Of a stretch of 64,000 nucleotides of DNA, positions 20,336 to 29,253 are shown piece after piece; within the stretch, counting starts at the first letter, position 1, and each line of letters starts with the position of its first letter. The notes beneath the pieces are model-generated. The model was not told the DNA's origin. It saw only the letters and a program-made list of their open reading frames with translations, and made no database searches. The stretch lies in contig DASSXV010000021.1 in assembly GCA_035703635.1 (NCBI GenBank), positions 1-64,000 of the forward strand, written 5' to 3'. Origin of the DNA: Trueperaceae bacterium (lineage in GTDB: Bacteria > Deinococcota > Deinococci > Deinococcales > Trueperaceae). Made by a program: the position numbers and the translations under genes.

Positions 20336-21865
20336 ATGATCAGTGGAACCCGCAGGTGGAGTGGCCGAGCGGTATTCGTCGCGCTAGCCGCAGTGCTCCT
20401 GCTCACACCGGTGTGGGGACAATCCGTCACCCAGCTGCGTGCCGAGGTTACGTCCAACCCCTCGAGCGTGGTCGCTTGGGTGGCGCTGGGCAACGCTTAC
20501 TACGGACAAGGTGAGTTCGACCTCGCCAAGGAGAGCTACCTGGAGGCCATCGCCCTCGACTACACCTCCGGTGACGCTCACTACGGCCTCGGCCTCGCCG
20601 AGTTCTCCCGCGGCGACTATCAAGCCGCGCTCTTCGAGTTCACCGAGGTAACGCGCCTCTACCCAGAGCGCTTCGATGGGCAGTTCAACCGCGCCGTCAC
20701 GCTAGCGCGCTTGCGGCGCCCAGCGGATTCGGCGCAGTCCTTCAAGGAGGCCATCGCGCAAGCGGCTCCGGAAGCTAGCCCAACCGACCGCGTCCAGGCG
20801 CAACTCGGCCTGGCAGCTCAGCTTGAGCTGAGCGACGATTGGGACGGCGCCGCCACGGCTTACGCCGCCGCGCTCGAGCTGGAGCCGAACAACTCCGACT
20901 ACGTCATCCGGCGCGGCCAGGCGCTTTACCGCGCTGGCAAGGGCCTTGAAGCGCTGCCTGAACTAACGGCTCTCGAGTCCAACAGCGGTGATTACCGCGT
21001 CAGCGCGCTCATCTCTGACATCTACGTAGGTCAAGGCCAGATCGATTACGGCATCTGGTCGTTGGAGCGCGCCCTCCAGAAGGCGGAGAAGGCGGATGAC
21101 GCGGCCGCGCAAGCGAGCACGCTCGTCAAGCTCGGCACCCTGCAGAGCGGCCTCGGCCGCGACACGCAGGCGCGGGACTCGTTCGAGCGCGCTGTGCTCA
21201 TCGACCCGTCTTCATGGGAAGCCCAGTACAACCTCGGTGCCGCGTACCTCGAGGGCGGCCAGACGCGAGAGGCGCTCACCGCGCTCCAGAACGCGCAACG
21301 CCTCGATCCGAACCGCGCTGAGGTATACCTCGCGCTCGCTACCGCTCACGACCAGCTCTCCAACAGCGCGGAGGCGCTGACCAGCGCCCGCGAGGCCATC
21401 GCGCGCCTGACGGACCCAGCACTCGTTACGGACGCGCGCTTCATCGCGGGTCGCGCCCTCTACCGCCAAGGCGACTTCGCTGACGCAGCCACCGACCTCC
21501 AGGCGGTGCTCGTAGAGCGCCCAAGCGACGCGCAAGTGCAACTCTGGGTCGGCCTGGCGGCCTACCAGCAGGCCGATTACCTCGGCGCCGTCCGCAGCTT
21601 CGAACGCGCGGTGCAGCTCAACCCAAGCAGCGTGGAGGCGCGCGTCAACCTCGGCGCCAGCTACCTCGCCGCTCAACGCTACGAGGACGCCGAGAAGGTC
21701 TACCAACTCCTCGTAGGTCAGAACGCGCAAGACCTGGAGAGCCTCTACAACCTCGGTTGGTCGCTTTACTCGCAAGACCGCCGCGGGGGCGCCCGCGACG
21801 CGTGGGTGAGCTCCTGCCAGCAGGGCTACCAGCCAGCCTGCAACGCTATTAGCACATACCTGTAA
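20336..21865 (+). CDS. secreted tetratricopeptide-repeat protein
   Basis: Signal peptide plus more than ten TPR motifs; GGAGG RBS. Confidence 0.88.
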   Translation: MISGTRRWSGRAVFVALAAVLLLTPVWGQSVTQLRAEVTSNPSSVVAWVALGNAYYGQGEFDLAKESYLEAIALDYTSGDAHYGLGLAEFSRGDYQAALFEFTEVTRLYPERFDGQFNRAVTLARLRRPADSAQSFKEAIAQAAPEASPTDRVQAQLGLAAQLELSDDWDGAATAYAAALELEPNNSDYVIRRGQALYRAGKGLEALPELTALESNSGDYRVSALISDIYVGQGQIDYGIWSLERALQKAEKADDAAAQASTLVKLGTLQSGLGRDTQARDSFERAVLIDPSSWEAQYNLGAAYLEGGQTREALTALQNAQRLDPNRAEVYLALATAHDQLSNSAEALTSAREAIARLTDPALVTDARFIAGRALYRQGDFADAATDLQAVLVERPSDAQVQLWVGLAAYQQADYLGAVRSFERAVQLNPSSVEARVNLGASYLAAQRYEDAEKVYQLLVGQNAQDLESLYNLGWSLYSQDRRGGARDAWVSSCQQGYQPACNAISTYL

Positions 21866-21870
21866 TGACC

Positions 21871-21915
21871 GGCGTGTTCGACCCGCGTGCTCTATGCGGG
21901 TCGAACACGCCTTTT
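21871..21915 (+). terminator. intrinsic terminator after TPR gene
   Basis: 16-bp stem GGCGTGTTCGACCCGC / GCGGGTCGAACACGCC then TTTT. Confidence 0.88.
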
Positions 21916-21958
21916 CGGGGGCGCTCGTGCCTCACCAAGCAAAGGTAGGATGGGATCC

Positions 21959-23065
21959 ATGGACTGGCTTCGACGCAACTGGCCCGATCTTCTAATCGGC
22001 GTGGCCCTCGTGGCCGTTATCGCGGGCATCATCGCTACCTTGATCTCTGGTGGGTCGTTCTTCCCCGTCGGGCAGGGCGCGCGTAACGCGGGCGGAGCCA
22101 GCACGACTCAGAGTGCGCCCGTTATTCCGAACACGCCTGCCCAACCCGGTGCTGGCTTGCCAGACCCCGCCCAGCCGGGAGCCGCTGAACCAAGCGCCGT
22201 TGGCCAGCCAACCGAGCCAGCTGCCGCCTCCGAGCCAACGACGAACGCGCAAGCAGGTACCGCAGCCGCAACCCAAGAGCCTGCCGCGCCGACCACCAGC
22301 CAAGGCGGCGCGCCTATCGCCGTGCTCCCACCTAGCGGCGCCCCAACGCCGACTCCGGCAGGTCAGCCTGCCGCCACGCCGCAACAAGCTGCGCCTGCGG
22401 TCACGCCGGTGGCGCCAAGCGCGCCGGCCGCCACTGTCACGGCGCCGCCTGCGGCTCCGGCTAGCACCGCCGCGGCCGGCACTGCGGCCGCAACTGCGGC
22501 CGCGGACGAGAGCTCTTACCGCGTGTCGGTCGGCGCCTTCGGCAACGCCGATAACGCGCAACGCCTGGCCAGCACCTTCCAAGCGGCCGGTTACCCGGTG
22601 CTGTTGGGGACGCAAGGCAACCTCACGATCGTGCTCGTAGGGCCATACGAGACGGAAGAGCAAGCGCGCAGCGTGGCCGCCGCCATCGGCGCAGGCAACT
22701 TCGACGTAGTCGACCCAACCGTTTACCGCTACGACCCAAGCGGCGCAGGCGCGGGCGCAGCTGGCCAGGCCACCCAGGCACCAGTCACTAGTGGCGCCGC
22801 AACGCCAGCCGCTGCCCAGGCGACGGCCCCAGCCGCCGCCCCTCAAGCAACTGCGGCCGCTGGTCGCTACCTGCAAGTCGGCGCGTACGGCAGCCGCGAG
22901 AGCGCCCTTCCACAGATCGAGCGCCTGAGCGGGCTCGGCTTCTCGGTGACAGAGCGCACGGAAGGCACCCTCCTCAAGTTGCTCGTCGGACCGTTCGAGG
23001 GCCAATCCCTCACTAGCGCCCAGGAGCGCCTGAAGGCAGCAGGCATCGAGAGCTTCGCCCGGTAA
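21959..23065 (+). CDS. SPOR-domain cell division protein (two SPOR domains)
   Basis: N-terminal TM, Pro/Ala linker, YRVSVGAFGNADNA...VLVGPY and YLQVGAY...LLVGPF. Confidence 0.9.
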   Translation: MDWLRRNWPDLLIGVALVAVIAGIIATLISGGSFFPVGQGARNAGGASTTQSAPVIPNTPAQPGAGLPDPAQPGAAEPSAVGQPTEPAAASEPTTNAQAGTAAATQEPAAPTTSQGGAPIAVLPPSGAPTPTPAGQPAATPQQAAPAVTPVAPSAPAATVTAPPAAPASTAAAGTAAATAAADESSYRVSVGAFGNADNAQRLASTFQAAGYPVLLGTQGNLTIVLVGPYETEEQARSVAAAIGAGNFDVVDPTVYRYDPSGAGAGAAGQATQAPVTSGAATPAAAQATAPAAAPQATAAAGRYLQVGAYGSRESALPQIERLSGLGFSVTERTEGTLLKLLVGPFEGQSLTSAQERLKAAGIESFAR

Positions 23066-23715
23066 TGAACAAAGACCTCCCGTCTGTGACGGTGAGCAGG
23101 CTCGTCGGTTACTTGAGGGTACTCACCGACTTGGAGGGGGAGGGGGTCGTTTACGCCACCTCTGAGCGCCTTGGCGGCGCCGCCCAAGTCTCCGCCCACC
23201 AAGTGCGCAAGGACCTGCTACTCGCGCGAGTCACGTCTGGCACGCGCGGACGGGGTTACACGGTGGCCATCCTGCGCCGCGAGTTGAGCGGCACGCTCGG
23301 CCTAACCCGCAGGTGGCGGGTCGCCATCGTTGGCATGGGCCGCCTTGGCCAGGCCATCGCCGATTACCCGCACTACAAGGGCTTCAACTTCGAGCTCGTT
23401 TGCGCCTTCGACCGCGACCCCCACAAAGTAGGCAAGGTCATAGGCGGCCTACCAGTTCACCCCCTCGAGCAACTCACGTCACGCACGACCGAGTTGGCGT
23501 TAGACATCGCGTTCCTTACGGTGCCGGTCTCAAGCGCGCAAGCGGCGACCGACCTGATCGTCGCGGCGGGCATTCGCGGCGTCCTCAACTTCGTGCCGAC
23601 CGCCATCAGCGTGCCTGAGAACGTGCGCGTCGAGCCCGTCGACTTCCTTGCAGGCCTCAAGCGTCTGGCCTTCTACTTGCAGCCTCACGACGAGCAGCTC
23701 GCGCCAGCCAGCTAG
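23065..23715 (+). CDS. rex: redox-sensing transcriptional repressor Rex
   Basis: SRL..YLR, QVRKDL, GTRG.GY, VGMGRLGQAIA, GVLNF.P. Confidence 0.93.
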   Translation: MNKDLPSVTVSRLVGYLRVLTDLEGEGVVYATSERLGGAAQVSAHQVRKDLLLARVTSGTRGRGYTVAILRRELSGTLGLTRRWRVAIVGMGRLGQAIADYPHYKGFNFELVCAFDRDPHKVGKVIGGLPVHPLEQLTSRTTELALDIAFLTVPVSSAQAATDLIVAAGIRGVLNFVPTAISVPENVRVEPVDFLAGLKRLAFYLQPHDEQLAPAS

Positions 23716-23721
23716 TGCGGT

Positions 23722-24702
23722 ATGGCACAAGCGGCTGCATATACTGACCTAGTGTTCGAGATCGTAACGCCCGAACTACGGCTGTTCGAAGAGCGCCTGG
23801 AGAGCGAGCTGCGCTCGTCCGTCGCGTTCATCGAGGCCATCGGCGCGGACCTGGCGCGTGCAGGCGGTAAGCGGCTGAGGCCAGGGGTGGCGTTTCTAAC
23901 GGGCCGCCTCCTTGGCGCGCAGCCGGAGACAGCTATGCAGGTCGCGCTCGCGGTCGAGCTCTTCCACTCGGCCTCGCTGCTTCACGACGACCTTATCGAC
24001 GACGCAGACACGCGCCGCGGCAGCGAGGCCGCCTTCCGGCGCTACGGGAACGTCGTCAGCGTCATGTCGGGAGACTTCATGCTCGCACGCGTCCTCGGGC
24101 TCCTCGCTCAGAGCGGCAGCGCGGCGTTCACCGCCCTGATGGCGCGCACCGCAGCGGACGTGTGCGAGGGCGAAGTACTCCAGTTCCAGGTCGCCACCTT
24201 GCAGGAATACTCGTGGGAGAACTACCGACGCATCATCGAGGGCAAGACGGCCGTGCTCCTTGCCGCCGCAAGCAAGGGCGTCGGGGTGCTGGCTGGGGCA
24301 ACGGTCGACGAGCTTGCCGCGTTGCAGACGTTCGGCATGGCATACGGCCGGGCGTTCCAACTCCGCGACGACTACCTCGACCTCCTCGGCGACCCCGCCG
24401 TGCTAGGTAAGCCCGTCGGTGGCGACCTGCGCGAAGGCAAGGCGACTCACACGGTGCTTAGCCTCATCCTCGACCACGACTCGGAAGAGACCCGTACCAT
24501 CCTGACGAGGCACGCAGCGCAAGGTGGCGACGTCGAGCGCGTGGCCGACCTGGCGCTGGCACTTGGGGCAGCAGAAGCCACGCGCCGCGAGATCGAAGCG
24601 CAAGCCGCCGAGGCGGTTGCGGCGCTCGACGCCTTCGCTCCGTCGGCGGAGCGCAGCGCCTTGATCGGTTTGGCTGAACACGAGGTTGCTCGGCTGCGCT
24701 GA
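23722..24702 (+). CDS. polyprenyl diphosphate synthase
   Basis: GGKRLRP, LHDDLIDDADTRRG, GKTA, FQLRDDYLD. Confidence 0.93.
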   Translation: MAQAAAYTDLVFEIVTPELRLFEERLESELRSSVAFIEAIGADLARAGGKRLRPGVAFLTGRLLGAQPETAMQVALAVELFHSASLLHDDLIDDADTRRGSEAAFRRYGNVVSVMSGDFMLARVLGLLAQSGSAAFTALMARTAADVCEGEVLQFQVATLQEYSWENYRRIIEGKTAVLLAAASKGVGVLAGATVDELAALQTFGMAYGRAFQLRDDYLDLLGDPAVLGKPVGGDLREGKATHTVLSLILDHDSEETRTILTRHAAQGGDVERVADLALALGAAEATRREIEAQAAEAVAALDAFAPSAERSALIGLAEHEVARLR

Positions 24703-24767
24703 ACGCGGCGACGGACAAGGGGTGTGACGAGTGCCGTAGCACGGCGACGCGCTACACTAGCCGCTAG

Positions 24768-27410
24768 ATGCCAGAAATCGATTCCGACCAGGTACTCAGC
24801 TTCTTCTTGGAGCACCCAGAACGTCCCTGGCACGTGCAAGACATCCAGCGCCGCTTCAAAGTCGAAGACCGGGCCGCACTGCGCCACCTGCTGGCGGAGC
24901 TAGCCGACGCTGGGCGCCTTATCCGCACGCGCCGTCGCACATACGGCCTGCCGCAAGAGATGAACATGGTTCTAGGCCGTCTCCAGGTCGCTTCCGGCGG
25001 CTACGGGTTCGTGATCCCGGACGCGGGAGGCAAGGACCTCTACGTGCCAGCCGATCGCCTCGGCGGCGCGTGGGACGGCGACCGCGTGATGGCGCGCCCG
25101 AACCCCATGAAAAGCGAAGACGACCGGCCATCTGGCGAGGTCGTCCGGATCCTCGAGCGCGGCTACAAGCAAGTCGTTGGCACCCTCGAGTACGCCCGGG
25201 GTTACGCCATCTTGCGCCCCGACTCCGTGCGCTTGCAGAACAGGCTCCTCCTCACGCCAGAATCGGTTGGCAAGCTCGAGGGCGGCTCGCGCATCGTCGC
25301 CCGCATGGTGTGGCCAGAGGAGTCAGGCGAACGCGAACCGTTCGGCGAAGTCGTCGAGTTCTTGGGCATGGAGGACGACCCCGAAGTCGAGACGCGCGCC
25401 GTGATAGTCAAGTACGACCTCAAGTCTGAGTTCGACCCGGCCACGCTCGCGGAGGCCGCAGCGGTGCCGGACGAGGTCACGGCCGAGATGATGGCTGGCC
25501 GCACCGACTACCGCAAGGCCATTACCGTCACCATCGACGGGGAGGACGCCAAGGACTTCGACGACGCCATCAGCATCGAACGCCTCGACTCGGCTCGAGA
25601 CGGCCTCTTGCGCATCGGCGTGCACATCGCGGACGTCAGTTATTACGTGGCCGAGGGCACGAGCCTCGACAAGGAAGCCGTCGAACGTGCCACCTCCGTC
25701 TACCTGCCGGGCCGCGTGCTGCCCATGCTGCCGGAAGAGCTGTCGAACGGCATCTGCTCGCTCGAGGAGGGCAAGGCGCGCCTCGCGCTCTCGCTGCTCA
25801 TCGACATCGAGCGCAGCGGCGAGGTCAAGTCGTTCGAGTTCAAGGAGACGGTCATCCAGTCAGACGCGCGCCTCACCTACGGCGAGGTGCAAGCGTTCGG
25901 CAATGGCGGCCGCATGCCTGCAGGCAGGCGCAAGCTCGAGCGCGACCTGAAGGTGCTCCTCAACCTCACGCAGGAACTGCGCAAGGCGCGCATCGGGGCG
26001 GGCGCTCTCGACTTCAACTTCACGGAAGCGCGCGTCGAGGTTGACGATCAGGGCGCGCTGCACGTCACACCCGTGCGCAGCGATTCGGCAAGGCAGCTAG
26101 TCGAGGAGATGATGCTGCTTGCCAACCGGCTGGTGGCAGGCGAGCTCAGCCGCCGCGAGGTGCCAGCCCTCTACCGCGTGCACGAGGACCCGAGCGCGGA
26201 GAAGATCCAGATCCTGCAGAAGGCGCTCTCGCGCCTCGGCTACGTGCTCGACCTCGAGCACGCGAAGCCTCAAGACCTGCAAGCCATCTTGCGGCAGGCG
26301 GCAGGCAAGCCCGAAGCGCAGCTCGTCAACACCTTGCTCCTGCGCAGCCTCAAGCAGGCGCGTTACTCAAGCGAGGACCTCGGCCACTACGGCTTGGCGT
26401 TCGAGAGTTACTTGCATTTCACGAGCCCCATCCGCCGTTACCCGGACCTCGTCGTGCACCGCGTGGTTAGGGCGCTCCTGCAGCACCGGCTGTCGCCGAC
26501 GCTCAAGGAGCGCATGAAGACCGACTTCCCGGCGCTGGCCGAGCACGCTAGCGACCGCGAACGCGTCGCGGAGGAGGCGGAGCGCGACCTCACCCGTTAC
26601 TTCCACGCGCGTTGGGCCAAGGAGCACGTCGGCGAGTCGTACACGGGCGTCGTCGTTGGCGTAACGAACTTCGGGGTGTTCCTCGAGCTCCCCAACGCCG
26701 TCGAGGGCCTGATGCACGTAAGCCACCTGGTCGACGATTACTACCTGTACATCGAGGACCAGCTCATGCTCATGGGTAAGCACTCGCGCAAGCGTTACCG
26801 CATGGGTGACCGAGTGGAGGTGAAGATCTTGGCCGCCAATCCAACGCAGAGGCAGATAGACCTCATTCCGGCAGACATGCCGATGCCGGAGGTTGAACCG
26901 GAGGAGAAGCAGGTAGACACCCGCCCTCCCGGCAAGCTCAAGACGCCACAGCAGGGCGCGGCCGAGGGCGTCGTCACCGTCATCGCTGGGCGTGGACCGC
27001 GGAAGGCCGCCAAGCCTGGCGCTAAGAGCGCTGGGGGAGAGAAGCCGGCGCAGGGCGCAACGAAGGCCGCCGCTGGCAAGGGCGGCGACGCCAAGGTAGC
27101 CGCGGCGGCGAAGCCGGCGGGTAAGGGTGGAGCCGGCAAGCCAAGCGCGCCGAAGCCGCCAGCGAAGAAGGGCGCGACGAACGACGCCGCCGCCAACCGG
27201 TCCGCTGGCGCCCAACCGCCTGCCAACGCCCGCGCCGCGGCCCAGACGGCCGCGGAGAAGACCGCGGCTGGGCGCGCAGCGAAGGCCGCAGCAGACAAGG
27301 CAGCTCGTAGCGCCGCCGCCGCGGCCAGCGAGAAGGCCGCCGCAGCGGAGCCGGAGACGTCAGCCCCAGCGCCGCGAGCGAAGAAGCGCAAGGTGCTGCG
27401 CTTCGGTTGA
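24768..27410 (+). CDS. rnr: ribonuclease R
   Basis: TIDGEDAKDFDDA, HIADVS, HFTSPIRRYPD, S1 domain, basic tail. Confidence 0.96.
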   Translation: MPEIDSDQVLSFFLEHPERPWHVQDIQRRFKVEDRAALRHLLAELADAGRLIRTRRRTYGLPQEMNMVLGRLQVASGGYGFVIPDAGGKDLYVPADRLGGAWDGDRVMARPNPMKSEDDRPSGEVVRILERGYKQVVGTLEYARGYAILRPDSVRLQNRLLLTPESVGKLEGGSRIVARMVWPEESGEREPFGEVVEFLGMEDDPEVETRAVIVKYDLKSEFDPATLAEAAAVPDEVTAEMMAGRTDYRKAITVTIDGEDAKDFDDAISIERLDSARDGLLRIGVHIADVSYYVAEGTSLDKEAVERATSVYLPGRVLPMLPEELSNGICSLEEGKARLALSLLIDIERSGEVKSFEFKETVIQSDARLTYGEVQAFGNGGRMPAGRRKLERDLKVLLNLTQELRKARIGAGALDFNFTEARVEVDDQGALHVTPVRSDSARQLVEEMMLLANRLVAGELSRREVPALYRVHEDPSAEKIQILQKALSRLGYVLDLEHAKPQDLQAILRQAAGKPEAQLVNTLLLRSLKQARYSSEDLGHYGLAFESYLHFTSPIRRYPDLVVHRVVRALLQHRLSPTLKERMKTDFPALAEHASDRERVAEEAERDLTRYFHARWAKEHVGESYTGVVVGVTNFGVFLELPNAVEGLMHVSHLVDDYYLYIEDQLMLMGKHSRKRYRMGDRVEVKILAANPTQRQIDLIPADMPMPEVEPEEKQVDTRPPGKLKTPQQGAAEGVVTVIAGRGPRKAAKPGAKSAGGEKPAQGATKAAAGKGGDAKVAAAAKPAGKGGAGKPSAPKPPAKKGATNDAAANRSAGAQPPANARAAAQTAAEKTAAGRAAKAAADKAARSAAAAASEKAAAAEPETSAPAPRAKKRKVLRFG

Positions 27411-27528
27411 AGTGCCCGGCATCTCGTCTGGTACACTTCGCCAACCACGACACCGCCGGCGCGCGCCTGCCTTTGCCGTAAAGCGCTGGCTCCCCGGTCG
27501 GGTGTAAGGGAACATAGGGAGAGACCGC

Positions 27529-29190
27529 ATGGCCAAGGCATACCGCTACCCGCTCACTCGTGTCTGCCTTCGCGGCGGCACCATGACCTTGCCGCTCGCC
27601 ATGCTGCAGCTCTTCCCGGAAGACGGCCAGATCGTGGCCGTCGACAACGAAACGGGTGAGGAGTACGCGCTCGAACTTACGAGTCCACGCGTCCTGGCTG
27701 GACTCGGTGACTTGTACGCCGCCCACGACCTCGAGGTCAACGACGAGCTCCACGTCGCGCCGCTAGGCGGCGGGCGCTTCGGTTTCGACGTCGTCTCGCG
27801 CACCAAGCGCTCGGCCAGTACGCAAGCTACGGCGCTCGTCGCCATCCTCGATGAGCTGGCCACGGCAGGCGTTCCCGCCACGGAGGCCGAGGTGCACGCT
27901 CTCTACCCGACCTTGCCACTAGGCTTCGACGTCACCCCCTACTTGGCTGCCGACCCGCGCTTCGAGCTTCGCAACGGCCGCTGGCAGAGTGCGGCCGCGG
28001 AAGCGCCAGAAGTGGAGGAGGCGCCAGAGCCAGCGCGCCTCTCGGCCACGGTGACCGCCCAGGTGACTGAACTCGTCGAGGTCGCGGCCGGCGGTGCCGC
28101 GGTCACGGCAGCGTCTGAGGGAGCGGCTCAGGCCCAGTACGGCGCCGATCGGCCCGCGGCCGATACGCAACAACCGGCGCTGTGGGGCGCCGAGCGCGGT
28201 TCGGAGGTCTGGCAGGGTTTCGCCGCCAGCGCGGAACGCGGTACTGCTTATGCAGAAGCGGGTGCGTTGCCTCATGACAGGGCGTCAGCTCCTAGGCAAG
28301 TCCACGAGCGGCGCACCCCGGACCGTCAAGCGCCCGTCGGGGGCGGTGCGGAACGGGACGAGCGTGAACCGAACGGCGGCGACCTCGTCATCGTCGAGCT
28401 CGCTCAGCGGCTGCGCACGATGCTGGAGCCGCTCGGCTTCCGCATCGTGCCCCTCGGCGGTGGCCAAGTGACGCTGGTCGCCGACCTCGGCCGCCGTAAC
28501 TACCAGGTTCACGTGCAGCTCCTGCCGACCGGGGAGCGCCTCGACTGGGCGTCGTTGCTGGCTAAGCGCAGGAGCTCGACCGCGCGGTACTTGGCGGTCA
28601 TCGGCGATCACCGCGACTTGTTGAGGCTCACCAGCCCGGCTGAGTTGGCCCGCGCCACCCTGTGGAGCTGGGAGGGGCTAGAGCGCCTGCGCGTCCTGCA
28701 CGGCACGGTGCCAGTCAGCCCGATCGATTTGGAGTCGCACTTCGAGCGCGACGGCCTCTTCGAGTCCGGCCTGCAGCGCTTCGAGCAGGGGGTAGCTGCC
28801 CGCGTGGCGGAGCGTGGCGCCACCTCAGAAGTGCTCACGCGCCTAGCTAACTTGCGTGCACCGACCGTGTTCCTGCTCGAGGAGTTGGCGACGGACGCGG
28901 GCATGAGCCGCGAGTCCGTCTTGCGCATCCTCGAGCGCCTGGCTGAGGCGCCCTTCCACCTCGTTGCCCGCGTGGACCAGGGCGAGTTCCTGCTACGCAT
29001 GCGCGTGGCCGACGCCTTGACGAACATCGGGGCGTACGCTGCGTCGTTACGCGAGCGCTTGCCTGTCAGGAAACACGAGCGCCTTACGGGCCTAGACGAC
29101 GATGTCGACGCCGCAACGAGTGACGGCGCCGCAGAGGTTGCGGAAGCCGACGCTGACGAAGCTGGTCTCGGCGGCGCACTCAAGGCCTGA
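27529..29190 (+). CDS. hypothetical multidomain protein
   Basis: 553-aa ORF with RBS and host-like codon use, between rnr and a strong terminator. Confidence 0.75.
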   Translation: MAKAYRYPLTRVCLRGGTMTLPLAMLQLFPEDGQIVAVDNETGEEYALELTSPRVLAGLGDLYAAHDLEVNDELHVAPLGGGRFGFDVVSRTKRSASTQATALVAILDELATAGVPATEAEVHALYPTLPLGFDVTPYLAADPRFELRNGRWQSAAAEAPEVEEAPEPARLSATVTAQVTELVEVAAGGAAVTAASEGAAQAQYGADRPAADTQQPALWGAERGSEVWQGFAASAERGTAYAEAGALPHDRASAPRQVHERRTPDRQAPVGGGAERDEREPNGGDLVIVELAQRLRTMLEPLGFRIVPLGGGQVTLVADLGRRNYQVHVQLLPTGERLDWASLLAKRRSSTARYLAVIGDHRDLLRLTSPAELARATLWSWEGLERLRVLHGTVPVSPIDLESHFERDGLFESGLQRFEQGVAARVAERGATSEVLTRLANLRAPTVFLLEELATDAGMSRESVLRILERLAEAPFHLVARVDQGEFLLRMRVADALTNIGAYAASLRERLPVRKHERLTGLDDDVDAATSDGAAEVAEADADEAGLGGALKA

Positions 29191-29204
29191 GCGGCCGAGT
29201 ATCT

Positions 29205-29242
29205 GCGTGAGCGCCAGGAATACCCCTGGCGCTCACGCTTTC
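29205..29242. terminator. terminator between convergent genes
   Basis: GCGTGAGCGCCAGG-N6-CCTGGCGCTCACGC followed by T-rich tract. Confidence 0.85.
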
Positions 29243-29253
29243 TCGTTTTCAGG

